A stretch of 63,877 bases of DNA, filler included, from Choristocarpus tenellus KU-1152 (GCA_964200185.2; 10 parts of 10 records of this genome joined end to end with filler, not necessarily neighbours in it); one strand, 5' to 3'. Counted from the whole stretch's first letter, positions 38,439 through 52,487 are shown. A program made the numbers and translations. The notes: generated by a model from the sequence alone, not told the origin.

Positions 38439-40794
38439 CTTATTTCTTCCCGCACCAACACTGAAGCGAACACCATACTTGTTGTTGCTAAACGTGTTAT
38501 GGTGTACATTGAGATTGAATGACTCCAAGACAGCTAGACCAGCATCTGCATTGTCATATACATTGTTGTGAGCAACAACTGCATCGTCGCTAGACCTGTG
38601 AAGGAAAATCCCAGCATTTCCACCATTCCACACTTCATTGTTCAGGATCTGGACATTGTTGCATCGTTTGGAGGCAATGATTCCATGGTTGCCATTGTTC
38701 CAGACCCTATTATCGCTAATAAGAAGGTTGTCACTGTCATCATGGGGGTCAAAACCATACTCCCAGTTGTCATGCATGTCATTGTTGGTCCACACACCAC
38801 CCTAGACGTACACAGTTTGGGGGCAGAAAAAAATAGTCAGAGGTTCATCACTGAAAGAGACAATATTCATGGACTTGGAACAAAGTATGGAGAATATGAG
38901 CGAGGCAGTGCATGACTTCAACAACAAATCCATTCATCAAGTGTTAGTTTATCCAGCCATGACAGAAAAGCTCCTGTTGAAGTTGGATCTTACCTCATGC
39001 CCGTACGTGTACAGTCCAAACCCTGTGATGCAAACCCACCACACATTAGATTCCACCAATGCATGAAGCAGCATTAAACAAGGTGGAAAATTGGATAAGA
39101 GCATCAGGAAACAATAAAAAAAGGTCAGAGGTTGTCAAGTGAGAAATCTGTTTTTTTTTCATGCGTAGCCATGTTGTAGAGGGAATTTATATTTGTACAA
39201 CATTAGGCATGACCCCTATGAAACTAATACTCACACATGTGGTGAATGTCGGAGTTGATGATGTCGCCTCTAACCTGCACTTGGTCGAAGACTTCCAGGT
39301 TGCTCTTGTCAGAACAGAATCCTCTAACCTTTGTTACATAGGAGCCAAACCAATTGAAAGGCCGGTAAGGTTGCATTGTAAAGATCCCAAGAAAGGAGAA
39401 AAATATGTCATTTTGTTCAATCACAGAAACAGTTTTTGCTGAATTGTAGTGTTAGCTTTTGTGTAAAAAGGGAAATGTCAATTTTGTGTACACTATTATG
39501 AACATAAAGCAATGAAATAGAGAATTGCACAGAGTAAGAAAGATTCCTTAAAATGCAAAAGGGTCCAAACCTACTTACGTTTCCATTAGAGCACCTAAAC
39601 TCAATTCAAGTTTAGCGCAGGAACAGATCATTGCATGAAAGTACCTGCACACAGTCTCCATCTTTATTCATATAGATGCTCGCTGTGCAGGTACCAACTA
39701 TAATCCGTATGATATACAAACCTGACCTTGTACGTCAAACCGTAGGCTTCCGTACCCTGGTAGCCAAGGTACCCAATTTCAGATTCAATTATGTCCATTC
39801 GGCACTCCCCTGCGTTCTCTTTTGCATAGCCTCTCGCACAGTTCTCGTTTTCATTCGTTATTTTTTCAGAGATACAGCTTATGTAAGCACGCCCATGGTT
39901 CTCAGGGTCATTGTCAGGCTTATTGTTGTTGTAATCCCAGCCATAAATCTGGAGTGGAAAAATTGAAAGGTGATATCGTGTTCAAATACAAATTAAGCAT
40001 AAATCAATGTGTTGGATCCAAGCAGTGGTACAGGCAGATGAGTTAGAGTGTCTGCAATGCAAACGTTCCCAGATATTAATGATACACTGGGGTACTGGTA
40101 GCTACGGGAACACAGGGGAATACATACTTAGTATATCTAGATCAAACTTTTTTTAACCACCTGAAGGGAGAACAAAATGCAGCTGAGGCTGTAGGGTCAA
40201 CAACAAACGAGTTCAAGCAAATTACTTACCAGCAAGACCTGAGCGATTGACATGTACTAAAGAGATATGCTTGTTCGGCATAAATACTTGAGGGTACAGC
40301 AAACCTAACCATTTGACGCACCAATGTATGCGACATATCAGGAATGTCTCGGGATTGTCGGAATCGAGATGAACTCTCCTCACCTTAGATCGTACAATTT
40401 GAAGGTTACCTCCGTATCCTCGGAGATTCAGGGGTGAGGTGTACTCATCACTTAGGATATAGAGCTCCTCCTCATGAAGTGTTAGAGTTGATCCATCCTC
40501 TATGTAGAGGTCTGTCGAGAGCAACCATTTCCCTGTTGGTTCTCCATCAGGCACTATGGTCATGTCATCATCAAGGACATGCAAGGGGAGAGTCTTTATT
40601 CCAGATTCATAGATGTCTTTCAATGTCACACAACTATCCTCTGTTGAACTCTCCACGTAAATGCGGTCGGTGGATGAAGCATATCGGATTGTATCTGCAG
40701 TGCCAGTACATGCTCCTTCAATGGCAGAAACCGCGAAGGCCATTGCAGTGGCAATTATCAAGGAGGACGTCATCTTGTTTGAAAAGGTCGTCAT
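38439..40794 (-). CDS. Mannuronan C-5 epimerase (alginate-modifying, AlgG-like right-handed beta-helix), secreted; first five exons, 3' end lost at the contig break
   Basis: Exons (minus): 40384-40794, 39727-39948, 39235-39328, 38994-39022, 38439-38801; all GT-AG and phase-consistent. Signal peptide SLIIATAMAFAVSAIEG. Motifs: IRYASSTDRIYVE, GKWLLSTDLYIEDGSTLTL, NLRGYGGNL, GRAYISCISE, GECRMDIIESEIGYLGY, YGLTYKVRGFC, WFGLYTYGH, catalytic EYGFDPHDDSD, NHGIIASKRC, GIFLHRSSD, YGVRFSVG. Confidence 0.96.
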
Positions 40795-42926
40795 CCTTCC
40801 CTGTAACTAGATTGCGTTGTGAATAGGTTAGTCAATTGTCATATATATAAGCACAAAACCTAATCCTAGATTCCTCACAGAGATTTTGAATCAAGAAAAT
40901 CTGTTCCCAACTGCAAAATCATTAACTTGGAGAAAGAGAAACCCTCGATAACACCATCCCCGCCAACCATATAGGTGCACAGGTATGTACATAACGAAGA
41001 TCATGGATGACTGAGGGGTTTCACAAGTTTGGCTCATATCTTATAGACACGACAAGGCACTTTGAAGCTCTTAACCCTATCAAAATACGATATCATATTC
41101 TCCCCCCTATGCCACGTGAAAAATCTAGTCGTACCTTAAGATATCTTCCTCTTACCTTACTTTCCTATACTACTCTCCCTACTGGTATGGCCGTTTGGGT
41201 TTTGGAAGAAAGGATGAACGGTCGTGTGGGGTATTATATCATACTACTTATGTCACCACATCCATCCAAATCCACACCGAACTTGTTCATTCTTCATCGT
41301 ATGACCCTGCTCAACCTGAGTCAATCAAGATTGTGGTATATTCAAATACGTTGATTTATACTCGACTTTCTTCGACGTTTCCAAAATATCTAATCGAAGT
41401 GTATATTAATGGTTCATTTCGAACAATTCTAAGGAATCGTACAATAGAATTGACGAAGGGTCCAGCCGCAAAAGTCCAAAAGTTTCTTAATCGATTTTTT
41501 TTTAAGTCTTACGTAGAATATATTGAAGAGAACATAGATCTGAAAATGGAAATGTCTACTATTATTATTACATAGTTTATTTAATGTGTTTGAGTTTAGG
41601 AGTGAAATATGAAGTGGGTTCTGGATTATAGAAGTAATTTCCAAGCGACAGATTGCATACAATAACAAGCCCAAAAAAGATTAGTACACATAATCTTCAC
41701 TCTTTTCTTGTAGAGGGAAAAGAGAATAATACCCAAAATAATCATTCAAGAGTTTGTAATGAAGAGAAGTCATAATAGTTTAATAATTTATTATATCATA
41801 TTCACTCACATTTTGCCGTGAGTCAGGGTCATTTGTTTTTATTTTTTATATGGATTACGTACAAAATAAAGTTTATGAAATCGGAATTATTGGTATGAAG
41901 GGAGGTTGTAATTGGTCAATATTAACTCCCATATTGAATGGAACCATTAGTTGATGGAATTGCTAAAATGATTGCGTACAACGCTTGACATCCTCTACAA
42001 CGAAATCTCACAAAGTGTCAGCAATACTACATGTTCTAAATGTGAAACATATTCTTCTACTTACCAACTTTGTATGCGGACACATGCGTTGACTCAGAAT
42101 TAGACTCAGATCTCCACTATTTTTTCTTAGAAGAAATAGTAGTAGTTGTGTATGCTTTTTTTAATTTTATTGGTATCGCCCCCACTTACAAAACAATTCA
42201 CTCTGTGTTGTTAGGTGTACATTGTCAAGATTATGCTTTAAATTCATGTGGGAAAATACTGATCAAGGAAACGATCAGTTGTTGGACAATTAGAGAGTTG
42301 TGGAGAACTGTTAGATAACTGAATAGTTGATAGTATTTTCTGTTGAGTGACCGAGAGAACAGTATCCAGGTTATTGCAGTATCACAAGAAGAAGAATTGT
42401 AGACAAGGAATGTTGTATCAACTAGCACATATTAAGTGATGAGTTATTAGTGATCAGGGATGAGTAAAAGGTCTACCACCACCCCCTGCTTGGATGGTGT
42501 TTCTCACTCCAACTTTCTAGCTATGGCAATATAACTGAGAAGGAACAAATCTACATACTTTGTTTCTACATATATATCAAGACTTGTGATCCTACACATC
42601 CTTCAACATGCTAGTAGTGGAAGTGATAGAAGGAGTCCCGATGACGTCTACCATTGGTAGTATGAGTATGGAAGAGACCAGAGTAATAGTGGAGCACAAG
42701 CTACAACTGAAGTGGTTGTCCCTCGCGAGAATTTGGAGGAAGAAGATGTCAGTATGGAAGTTGAAGAGGACGTTTATGAAGAGGAGGAACCTGCGATGGG
42801 GAGGATCATGGCTTCAAGAAGGACTGCGGGAGAGGACCTGTAGCGCCTCATCCCACTTCCCTCCAAGTTTGTGTCTACAGTGGTGATGGTGGCAGGGAGG
42901 GATTCCCCTAGTACGAGAAAAGACTC

Positions 42927-42996
42927 GGCTCAAAGTATCTGGGGGGGGGTGCGGCTGTTCATTTGGGGTCAATTTCTTCATGTCGCGATTTTTGGG
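42927..42996. mobile_element. MITE family B terminus (truncated by contig end)
   Basis: ggctcaaagtatctggggggggg...catttggggtcaatttcttcatgtcgcgatttttggg matches 63707 onward. Confidence 0.8.
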
Positions 42997-43096
42997 NNNN
43001 NNNNNNNNNNNNNNNNNNNNNNNNNNNNNNNNNNNNNNNNTTAATTAATTAANNNNNNNNNNNNNNNNNNNNNNNNNNNNNNNNNNNNNNNNNNNN
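42997..43096. other. Artificial contig spacer
   Basis: 44 N + TTAATTAATTAA + 44 N. Confidence 0.98.
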
Positions 43097-43194
43097 CTTA
43101 CTAATAAACACGATAGCCAAAATTACATCGGAATCACAACATTGGATTTTGGTCCCCAAATGGAGCGGCTCTACCCTTTAAGATACTTTGGCTC
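43097..43194. mobile_element. MITE family A right end (truncated by contig start)
   Basis: ...gatagccaaaattacat...ccccaaatggagcggctctaccctttaagatactttggctc matches the last ~100 bp of 24296-24552. Confidence 0.88.
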
Positions 43195-45281
43195 TTACTC
43201 GAAATGAAGCCATAGGGTTAAACACAAGGGTTAAAAGGAGGATAAGGGCTACCTCGCAGGCGTTCAACCCTTTCCACAAGACTCGGGATTTACACTTTTT
43301 TCCAGAGTCAATCACCCATGACGGAACAGGCTGTACGACCTTGTCAGTGTGATAGACGATACAGCTCCACCTGAGAGAGGAAGATTGTAAGCAGCATTTG
43401 GTGAGAATTGAAGATGCCCATAGAGACTGGTGGCGCAAGAATCGAAGAACTGATGGAATTGCTTGAGGAATTCAAGCATGTACATGTGTAGTGTCGTACG
43501 GACAATGATAGGATCTCAAGGCTATGTGCTGAGTAGAGGATATTGAATGAGTTCTCACGTACTGCTAGTGGAGATCCAAGTGACAAGATATTTTCTTTGA
43601 CAAGCTATGAAGTGTTCAAGTTTCCTCGCAACCATTATTGACCTTGAATCAGTATTTCTTTTTTCGTAAGGCCTTTAAATAGCATTCGAACAAGCTCTGC
43701 CTCCTCTCTCTTGACCTTAATCGTATTATAGCCTATCAGTGAACTCTCCAGAATCTTCATGGTGTATGCCATCATCACAAGAATATTTTGAATGGAAAAT
43801 GATAGGTGAGATACCTTGACTCATTGGAAGAAATTGGAAGAAAACCTTTGAGGGAGAGAGCAGGAAGTGGTTTTCGGCTAACTACCATGGTCACATAATG
43901 GTTTACCTTGAAGCATTTGTGTAGAGGTGCATCCTTAGTGCTAACCTGTACCGATGGAATGAGACTCTAGGTACCAACAAATGCCACGACTGTATCCTTT
44001 GGCTATCTCAGGCTTTGGTAGTGATATCCTGTTTCTTAAGGACTCCTCAACCAAGTTTAAATGTACCATTGTGTGTAAGTTCATGAAAGCTATCTGTAGT
44101 GCAGATGGTTCAGATGATGAAGAGATGGAAAGGTAGAATATTTTGACAGCAAAAACAAGAGTTGAATAGGTAAGAGGCGTTCATAGTCAAGACTTTCACT
44201 CCATAAGATAGGTCTCCCTTCAAATAGGGTAGTATTATTATGTTGCTCGTTGTAATATTGTGTGGACGTTTCATCCTTTGCATGGACTCCATCGCTTCTT
44301 GTCTCAAGATATATCTTATACCACTTCAACCACGCTACAACCTGAGGTCTTGCTAATAGTGCTAAAGCACCTGAATTTTAAAAGAAAAAAGATGATAATA
44401 ATAATATGACAGGAATAACAATAAAAGAACAGATTGTACTGCACGGTTAAGCTGATCTATTTTTGTCTTAGTTTGAAGTATTTGTGAACCAGTAGATTTC
44501 GAGACGAAGTGTAGTACCAGGATTGATCATGAACTTAATATGACCATCCCCATTGACACCTCAAATGACAAATGCCATCATAGTGCACTGCTTAAGATGT
44601 AGAGTAGCTCCTATCATGTGTATCGCATGACAGGACCCCTCTATTTTCTTGCAATGTTGTTCCCTTTGTGAGCTTGAAACCAGAAACCAGCAGATGGAGG
44701 CCTTCAGACTCCTTACCAAAGGAGAACCAGGCAAAGAGAGGGGGAGTTAAGGAGACGAATGTGGAAACATATGTGCAGGGTCACAAGGGTGCACAGGTCG
44801 AAATGCTGCAAGTTGAGGTGGTGGAGAGGAATCTGCAACAAGAAGGTTGCGAGTCAGTAATATAGGTTGCAAGAATCTGCTTTGTGTCGAAAAATATACT
44901 TTCAGATCTCCCGTTAGCCTTTCCAATCGTCTACTCGTACTAGGAGGTTACATTAAGTCTTCTAGAACCTCACTTGAAGTCCATATGATGAGTGGTAGTA
45001 GTATGTGATTGGAGTATAACCCAGGAGGCATGTCAAAGAAGAACGTACTATATTCTAAACAATATCCGTGAGTGTGTTGCTAGAGTTTGAAGCTGTCAAA
45101 TATATAACGCTAATTTGATGTTATTTAGCAGCAACACATTCCTTTCAGTTTGAACAGCATCAATATTCAAAGGATTGGTATAATGCACTGGTCCACTCCC
45201 TCTCCTTATCTAAGCTGTTTCTATGACGTTTGAACTTTTTTGTAAAGATTATTCTCACTCTGTCCCATAAGTGTGCTCCTC

Positions 45282-45571
45282 TATGCATGTACCTCTTCAG
45301 GATGGTCTCTGATTTCATCACGGAATTTCGGGTTGGATTCTTCGGAAAATGTTACGCAAGATGAGTTTGATTTGAAACATTATACCCCGAAATTGTTCTG
45401 CAAATACGGAACAGAGGTTAGGGGGGCATAGACCCACAAGAAGGCACTGAATTGGTGGATTGACGGTGTTAAGTGAAAGCGAAGAAATGTATTTTAATGG
45501 AAAATCGTCAAGGAATCCAATGCAAAAATCCGTTTCGAAATCGGAGGTCCTTCCGAAGAGTTACATGCATA
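45282..45571. repeat. Imperfect ~65-bp inverted repeat pair enclosing ~160 bp (MITE/fold-back-like)
   Basis: Left arm tatgcatgtacctcttcaggatggtctctgatttcatcacggaatttcgggttggattc; reverse complement of the right arm tatgcatgtaactcttcggaaggacctccgatttcgaaacggatttttgcattggattc. Confidence 0.75.
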
Positions 45572-48299
45572 AAGTGAAATTGATACCTGTATCACCTCCA
45601 AGAGTTACGACTTAGTAGTGTCGTTGATCCGAAAAATTTGAAGTACCACCCATAATCTCCCTCACACAAGAAACCCATGAAATATATTTTCCACAAGTTT
45701 GGTGATAAATCTTTATTATAGCAATTATAAAACCCGATAGAGTATAATGCTTTCCGTTAACAGCATTATTATACACACAACCTACTATTGAAATTCCTAC
45801 ATTTTGGTTTAGTAGTACTATTATTTTTTCATAAGATATGAGATGAACCTATTTCAATGTACCTCTCAACAAATCATTGAGCTTCAAACTATTCACCTTC
45901 TGCGCATGTTCAACATTAATGACAAAATATGGTGAACTACATATTTATATTCTATGGCCAGGGAAACTTGAGAAGATCATTAGGTGAAATAAAATAGGAT
46001 CAATGACGTGCCTTTACTATTCGAAAATTAGTCCAGGCAACTACTAATATATTTTGTCTGTTTCCCAGAGGTGCCCTTGTCAAGAAAGTGTGACAAGGTC
46101 AGAGAGGAGGCTGAACACTCAAATGGACTACTTCAAGATGGAGAGGCTGTGAAGAGTTGATCAAGTGAGATTTCTACACTTAGGAAGCAATGGACAAAAG
46201 CATACTTGGGATGGCAACAGGGAAGAGAATGCTGTCGTATGAGGATCTACGAGAAAGGGCTACATTGTTGGGGGTGTACCTGAGTGGAGGGACACCAGTG
46301 AATAGGTTTCCACTGTGTATGGTTGCGATTAGAGGGGAGTTATTATTTGACAGTACCCTATCTTAGCGTGACTACGTCACTCTATGTTTTCGATTGTATT
46401 GTTTTCTTAGTTGAAGGGACATTAGTGGACAGGTTCCCACTCTGCATAGGCATGGTGACGGGAGAGAACTTCTATGATAGCGCCCTGTTCAATGTGATGA
46501 TGCCATATATATATATTGGTGTTTACGTTTGTGAGGGCTTTGATAGTATCCTTTTTCGGGTGTTAATGCGACTTCCTCTGTGAACATGCCTTTCTATCGT
46601 AGTTTCTTGTACATAATTTTGTCACAAATGACCTTTTGGTTGAACGGTATCTTATATGAAAGTAACCCGTCTCTGTGTGGTTTTATGACCTCGTTCTACT
46701 TTGATTCTTTGTATACTTTTATTGAAAGAAGAATGCTTTCTGGAGGAAATATGTTCAGCGTACTCTGTGTGGGAGGTTACATTGTTTATTGATGCTTCCT
46801 CCACTCACATACCCTTGTTGTACAGCAGTACAAAAGTCGTGTTCTTTACCGGCTCCTTTGACTTCCAAATCTATCGGGAGATAAACGCAATCACCCTCCT
46901 GATGACCCAGGTACTGCCAATAACAACTTCTTGCTATTAGTGGCACTGTTTCAAGTGGCAAACACATGTGCAACGGTCGTCAAGATACAACTGATGGGGG
47001 AAGCAACAAGCACCGTGAGTCAAATAAACGAGAGAGGTGCCCAGAGTTGCATAGGTTGTTAAGGATACTGACAAATTGTGAGATAGTCGTCTTTAAATTA
47101 CAAATGCGTACATGCGACATTTTCTGGATTCTGTCGAAAAGTCTTAAACAATAGAGAAATCAATACTCTCAAGTTAAATATAGGTCATCCATAGAAATAT
47201 GAGTTAATTGGAAAAAAAAGAAAAACTAACTTAAAATGCAAACACCCAAAACCTGGGTACCTAATAATAGTAGGATCGGTCCCAGCACTATCATCATCAA
47301 TATCACATTAGTATGAGAGATCCCAGACCTGTGGTCTAAAATATAGTCCCAAGAAGGCAACACACACTGCTATAGAAAAGGCCACAAGGACCACAAAAGA
47401 ATTACAGCACAGTGGATGAAAATACAGAAAAAAGAAAAGGAAAGGAAAAGTAGAGCCTGCACTCAGGATACTTAGTTTCATGTTCTAAGTACAAAGCATA
47501 TTCTTGTTGTCAATGTATGTATTGATGGTCTTGAGGAGCTTGCAAACACGGCGAAACAGGCAGGCAAAAATGGTAATTGAACTGTGAGTGGAATACAGAG
47601 AATGCAACGAAGAGAGTATTCATTCTGAGGATTTGCATGATATTCTTGAATGCTTAACATTGTAGATTTTTTTTTCTATGGGGGCCTGTACCATGGTGAT
47701 ATTCTTGGGATAGCGGACTTGGAATATACAATGTATGGCCACACCTGTTTTGAAAGTTGATTTATGGGCAGTCTAGACCAAGGATCAGGCCAAAAGGTCT
47801 TCTAGGGGTGAAATACTTCTGAAAAATTGTGCCAGTGGGTTAGCTTTTCATCTATCAGATCTTCCTTCATAGAATACCTCCTGATGATAACATATTTTGG
47901 AAATGTTTGCTTGATTGATGCAATGTTAGTGAGGACTCCTAAAAGTTTGATAGTCGTGACATTATTGTATCTTCTCTGGTGTTGCAGCGTTATTTTCCCA
48001 TTGTTCTTGTCTTTGGCTCTCTTGTTTGAGTTTTAAGGTTAGGGCATGGATAGTTCGTATTGGGGTGGGTGAGCGTAATATGTGATGACACAATATAATG
48101 TACATCTTCAAGAAAACTGGTTCTTGCTGTTGCGTTTTAAAGCACCTGATCGAACAAATTCAGTGCATCGTTTTATTGCTTAGGCTGCTCTCTAAAAGAG
48201 CAGAAGTTGTGCTGATTGCTCTTCTTGTAGTGTTGTGAATTGAAAGAATCAATATATTCAATTAAAAACCGCACAAAAATTCAAGAGGCTTAAGTGAAC

Positions 48300-48850
48300 G
48301 AGCAGTGCCCTTACACACGACAGAATAATCAGCTTCTCAAAACTCTTCGATTTTGATCTCTATTGTTCCTCAATTGAGCGAATTGACTTCATTGAATTAT
48401 CGTGATTCACAATGTAATCTGGAGCCTTGGTGGACACTGCTGATTCAATCGGTAGCTCCTAGAATAAGGCTAGGAGTGATTTGTGCAACTAATTGATGAG
48501 TGTTCACCGAGAGTGAGAACATCCTTCTTTGGCGGGTCTTGGTCTGACTATTACGTTCGGAAAGAGTTCCATTTTGACTGTGATTGGGGAATCACTCCAG
48601 CAGTGTATCTAGAACTCCAGATAATGAGTGTACAAAAAACAGATTGTGCTCTGCTTCACTCCATAGAAAAAAAAGGTGGTATACAGTATACATGTAATTT
48701 CAGGAGAACCAATCCACTTTGTAATAAGTTCAACTGCTAGGGATGATGTACGGTAGGTGCATACATCTCCTGAATTTTGATCTCCCAGGAAACAATTATT
48801 CTCTGAATATTCCTTCACTCCATGTCAAACAATTGTATCTAATCATCTAC
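48300..48850 (-). mobile_element. Possible highly decayed Ty1/copia reverse transcriptase remnant
   Basis: Only a FYGVKQS motif (compare LYGLKQ[AS]) and a weak CVRALL segment downstream; many stops. Confidence 0.25.
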
Positions 48851-50031
48851 TGGTGGAGCTATTTATTGTTCAAGGTGAATTTCCGCGAATAAATACTAAT
48901 ACTTACTTCTAAGTAGATCACACTCCTATCTGTGCATGTGACCGAGTACAAGAGCTTTGTTGAGTCAGACAGCATTTAAGAGCCAGCAAGATACAACGAG
49001 AAACTCCCCATTCTGAACTTGGTTGTCCCCAGTGCTGGTGAAAACGCAAGTTGCACCTCAAAACAAAAAAAAATCAAGAGTACAATTTGGTTTGGCTCGA
49101 GGTTTGACTAACCAAATGTTTTTAGGTACTGAGTCTGCTACTGTAGGCCGGCAAGCTTCAACACAACCTTTATGAAACTGGCTCAGGTCAGAAAAAAAAC
49201 TAAGTGTACCTTGTCAGACGGAGTCACATCACCCTGGGAATTTGTATGCACCAATCCCATTTTCTATCATTTTTTTTCCATCCTCTCAATCTCAGCAACA
49301 AAGCTATCCCACAATACTCAATATTTCAATGAAGAAGTCCCAAGTTTGAGACCAGCCAGGACGAAAAATGACCATGAGATCTATTTCAACAATGCCCTTG
49401 AAAAAATATGATTCTTGGACATGTAACGCTCAAGTGACACAACATTGCACATAATTCTGGGTTCTGTTGGGTTGGGGGCTCTCGAGATGTTGAGATACAA
49501 CTCCAGTATCAAGGCAGAAGCCTCTTATGAGCCTGTCAATGTGGAATCACAGGTCTTGACATGGGTTGGTCAATTGACCAAAGGGGACAAGAAATTGAGA
49601 TAGATTTGGTGCACTGGAGGGTTTGGGGCCCCTTGAAGAGGTTTTCAGGACTGACATTGGGGGATGTGCTTGGTGTACATCGTGGATTCTTCATTGTTCC
49701 TGCAATTGTATGTGTCTTGATCATGTGAGCCTGAAATTTGGATGTCTCTTGATCAGTAGAAGGGACAAAACGATTCACCCAGACTGATCAAATACCTCAA
49801 CCACAAATGATTACTGCTTCTTGAACTGAAACCAACAGATTGTGCATGAGTCTTCAACATTCCAAGCCCTCAGTCCACACTGTTGTCAAACATATTCAAA
49901 AAGGACAGTTTCCATGAAAAATAGTTGCTATTTTTAGACTTATAAATGAGAAATGCTGATTGAATGGTAATCACAAACGGCACACAAAAAGGTTCCACCG
50001 TAATACAACACCACAGTCCCTGCTTCCACCA

Positions 50032-50526
50032 CTACTTCACTCCTGCTGTACACCAGCCATGATCCAGTGTCAAAAACTCCCCAGGTCTTTCACTCTCCAA
50101 GCGTGTATTCCACTCACCAAGCAAAAACAGTGAGCCCTCTAATGCTTCAATGGCCTCACCTATAACAACCTTTTCCTCTAGTCTCACTCTTGCAGCAGAC
50201 AGCTCTCGGGAAATTCTAACAAGACCACGTTTCTCCTCCCCCAAAACATTATTGACCTTCAACCCTCTTCGGAAATCCTGCTGTGGACTAGATTCACTCC
50301 TGGATAACTGCTCCCCTGCTGTTGAGACGAGACTTTTTTTGAGCTGGCCAATCATCTTCTCCTCATCCTCTGTGGACAGCTCCTGATTGGACAACTTCCG
50401 ACGCAGTTGCACCAGGAGGGAAGTGAGTGCTGCTGCCTCGTTCGGGGGTGTGACCATGGACCCGACAAAGGCCTGAGAGGGTTTGTGGGGAGAGGATGCG
50501 TGAGCAGGGATCATAGCAGGATGGGG
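50032..50526 (-). CDS. Putative terminal exon of an unknown helical/coiled-coil protein
   Basis: 164-codon open frame after a pyrimidine-rich acceptor (cctttttcctgtgtatccactcttag|). Amphipathic segments: LTSLLVQLRRKLSNQELSTEDEEKMIGQLKKSL and LVRISRELSAARVRLEEK. Confidence 0.55.
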   Translation of the reverse strand, partial: PHPAMIPAHASSPHKPSQAFVGSMVTPPNEAAALTSLLVQLRRKLSNQELSTEDEEKMIGQLKKSLVSTAGEQLSRSESSPQQDFRRGLKVNNVLGEEKRGLVRISRELSAARVRLEEKVVIGEAIEALEGSLFLLGEWNTRLESERPGEFLTLDHGWCTAGVK

Positions 50527-52389
50527 CTAAGAGTGGATACACAGGAAAAAGGTCATGGCCATGTCCTTCCTGACTTCATTTTTTCTTTTTTCTTGAGCAG
50601 GGAGGAGGCAGGGTTAGGGAGGTGCGAGGTGTTTGGGACAGTCTGAAGTACTTGAGTCAAAATCAAATAGATATAGTAGCATAAAAAAAAGAGGAACACA
50701 ATGCACATTATCAGTTGATAGTCGGGGATACTGATCAAAGATTCCACTTCAGAGAGCCGAAAATAACTAATGCCTGTCCATACAGTAACTGGAGCATCAA
50801 GCTACTACAACTACTACTGCCTCTGCTACAAAATAGTGATCCAGCCTTGAGGACCTGCTCTGTACTGGGGGGAACAAACAGTCCACCCCTCCTCACTGAG
50901 ATATTCCTTGATTAAGTGTACTTACTATGCACGGTACACCAATCATTGCAATTGTTCATTGCAATTGTTCAGACACACAAACAATACTCCAGACACCACA
51001 ACATGCCATTGGAGGAGACCACAATGGTATGATGGACTGTGCAGCCTGACCTCATTAAAGATTGCAAGTACAGTGGTGATGCCTACGAAGTTTTACATGG
51101 TATTGTTGCACATACTTCTTAGGGCCGAAGTAAAATAATAACAGGACACTTCCCTGATCAAAACACAGGAACAAAAAAGACATGAGCGATTCAAAATTTC
51201 ATTCAGCACCTGAGGAAACCGTAAAACAAACAAACAAAAAAATGCCCCTCTTCAACTCCTCCCATGCTTATGCCACCCACCTCCCTGACCTTGAACTCGT
51301 TTACAAAAGGCGGTGCTTCAGGATGGTAAGTCCAACAACAAACACACTAGACACTTATTCTTTGATTAATAATTGGTGGGCTCATCATCATACAATACCA
51401 GACCTCCAGATAACGTTCATGGCGCGTGTTTGTTTGTGCAGATGAGAGTATTGGACATGTTTTTTTTTTTTTTTTTAATATTTCTTACTTTATGCTGCAG
51501 TAAATTAAAAATATATGTATCACCTCATTTTAAATTTCTTATATTCTCAAGATCTTACAAACCGAAGGACTCACGTTCCCAGCGAGTGACCTCTCATTGT
51601 CTGTCAAGTGGCATACCCTCGATGTGGCCAACAAGGCAGGGGAGATCCACCCTGAGACAAAGCAAGAGAGTTGTTGGAAGCAAACCCACGCACAACACGC
51701 AAGCACGTGGGAAGGGATGTGTAAGGGATGACCTTGCATCACATTTGTAGCAGGCACATTCTGTACAGTAGTACAATGCTAACCGACTGCTGTGACAGAT
51801 GGTACAATGTCACTTCAGACAGCCAAAAAAAGTAATGAAACAATCTTAGATTAGAAAAATGCCGATGTGAGGGTAGGGGGATACTACAAAAAAAAACAAC
51901 TATTTGTCACACGGCACAACAGACAACCTCGGCAAGAGGAGAAAAAAAAAGTCTAAAAAAAGTTGTGTAAGCTGTGACAACTCCATCGGATCAGTTCATC
52001 TCAAACAGAAATAGAAGGGATTATAACAGAAAAAGAGAAGAGGTGTGATTGGCTTTTTAATATTTTTCTTTTTGAACTACTTTGAGCAGCGGTAGGCACA
52101 GATGAGTCACACAACCCAGAGTCCGGCTCACAAGGTCTCTCTATTAATCTCTGTTCAGAACCCATTAAATACCTCCTGAGATTGACGCCTATGAGACCAC
52201 ATCCTTTATCATCCATCCTCTACATTCGCGATCTACTTACTGACCTCCTCACAAAAAATGGACAAGATAGAACCCCTTCCTCTACTTCCCTGGAAATATG
52301 AGGAGGTGTGTGAGGAGGCAAGGATGACTGTGTAGGTGCATGCAAGAGATTGCAAGGGCAATACCTCCAACTGCTTTGGCAATTGACCG

Positions 52390-52487
52390 ATATCTTGTCA
52401 TACATCATGTTATCTATCGTATCATATATCATATCATGTATCGTGTCATATATCATATCGTATATCATGTATCATATATCACGTCAT
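52390..52487. repeat. Degenerate 12-bp-period (ATCATAT-type) minisatellite
   Basis: tatcgtatcatatatcatatcatgtatcgtgtcatatatcatatcgtatatcatgtatcatatatc. Confidence 0.8.
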
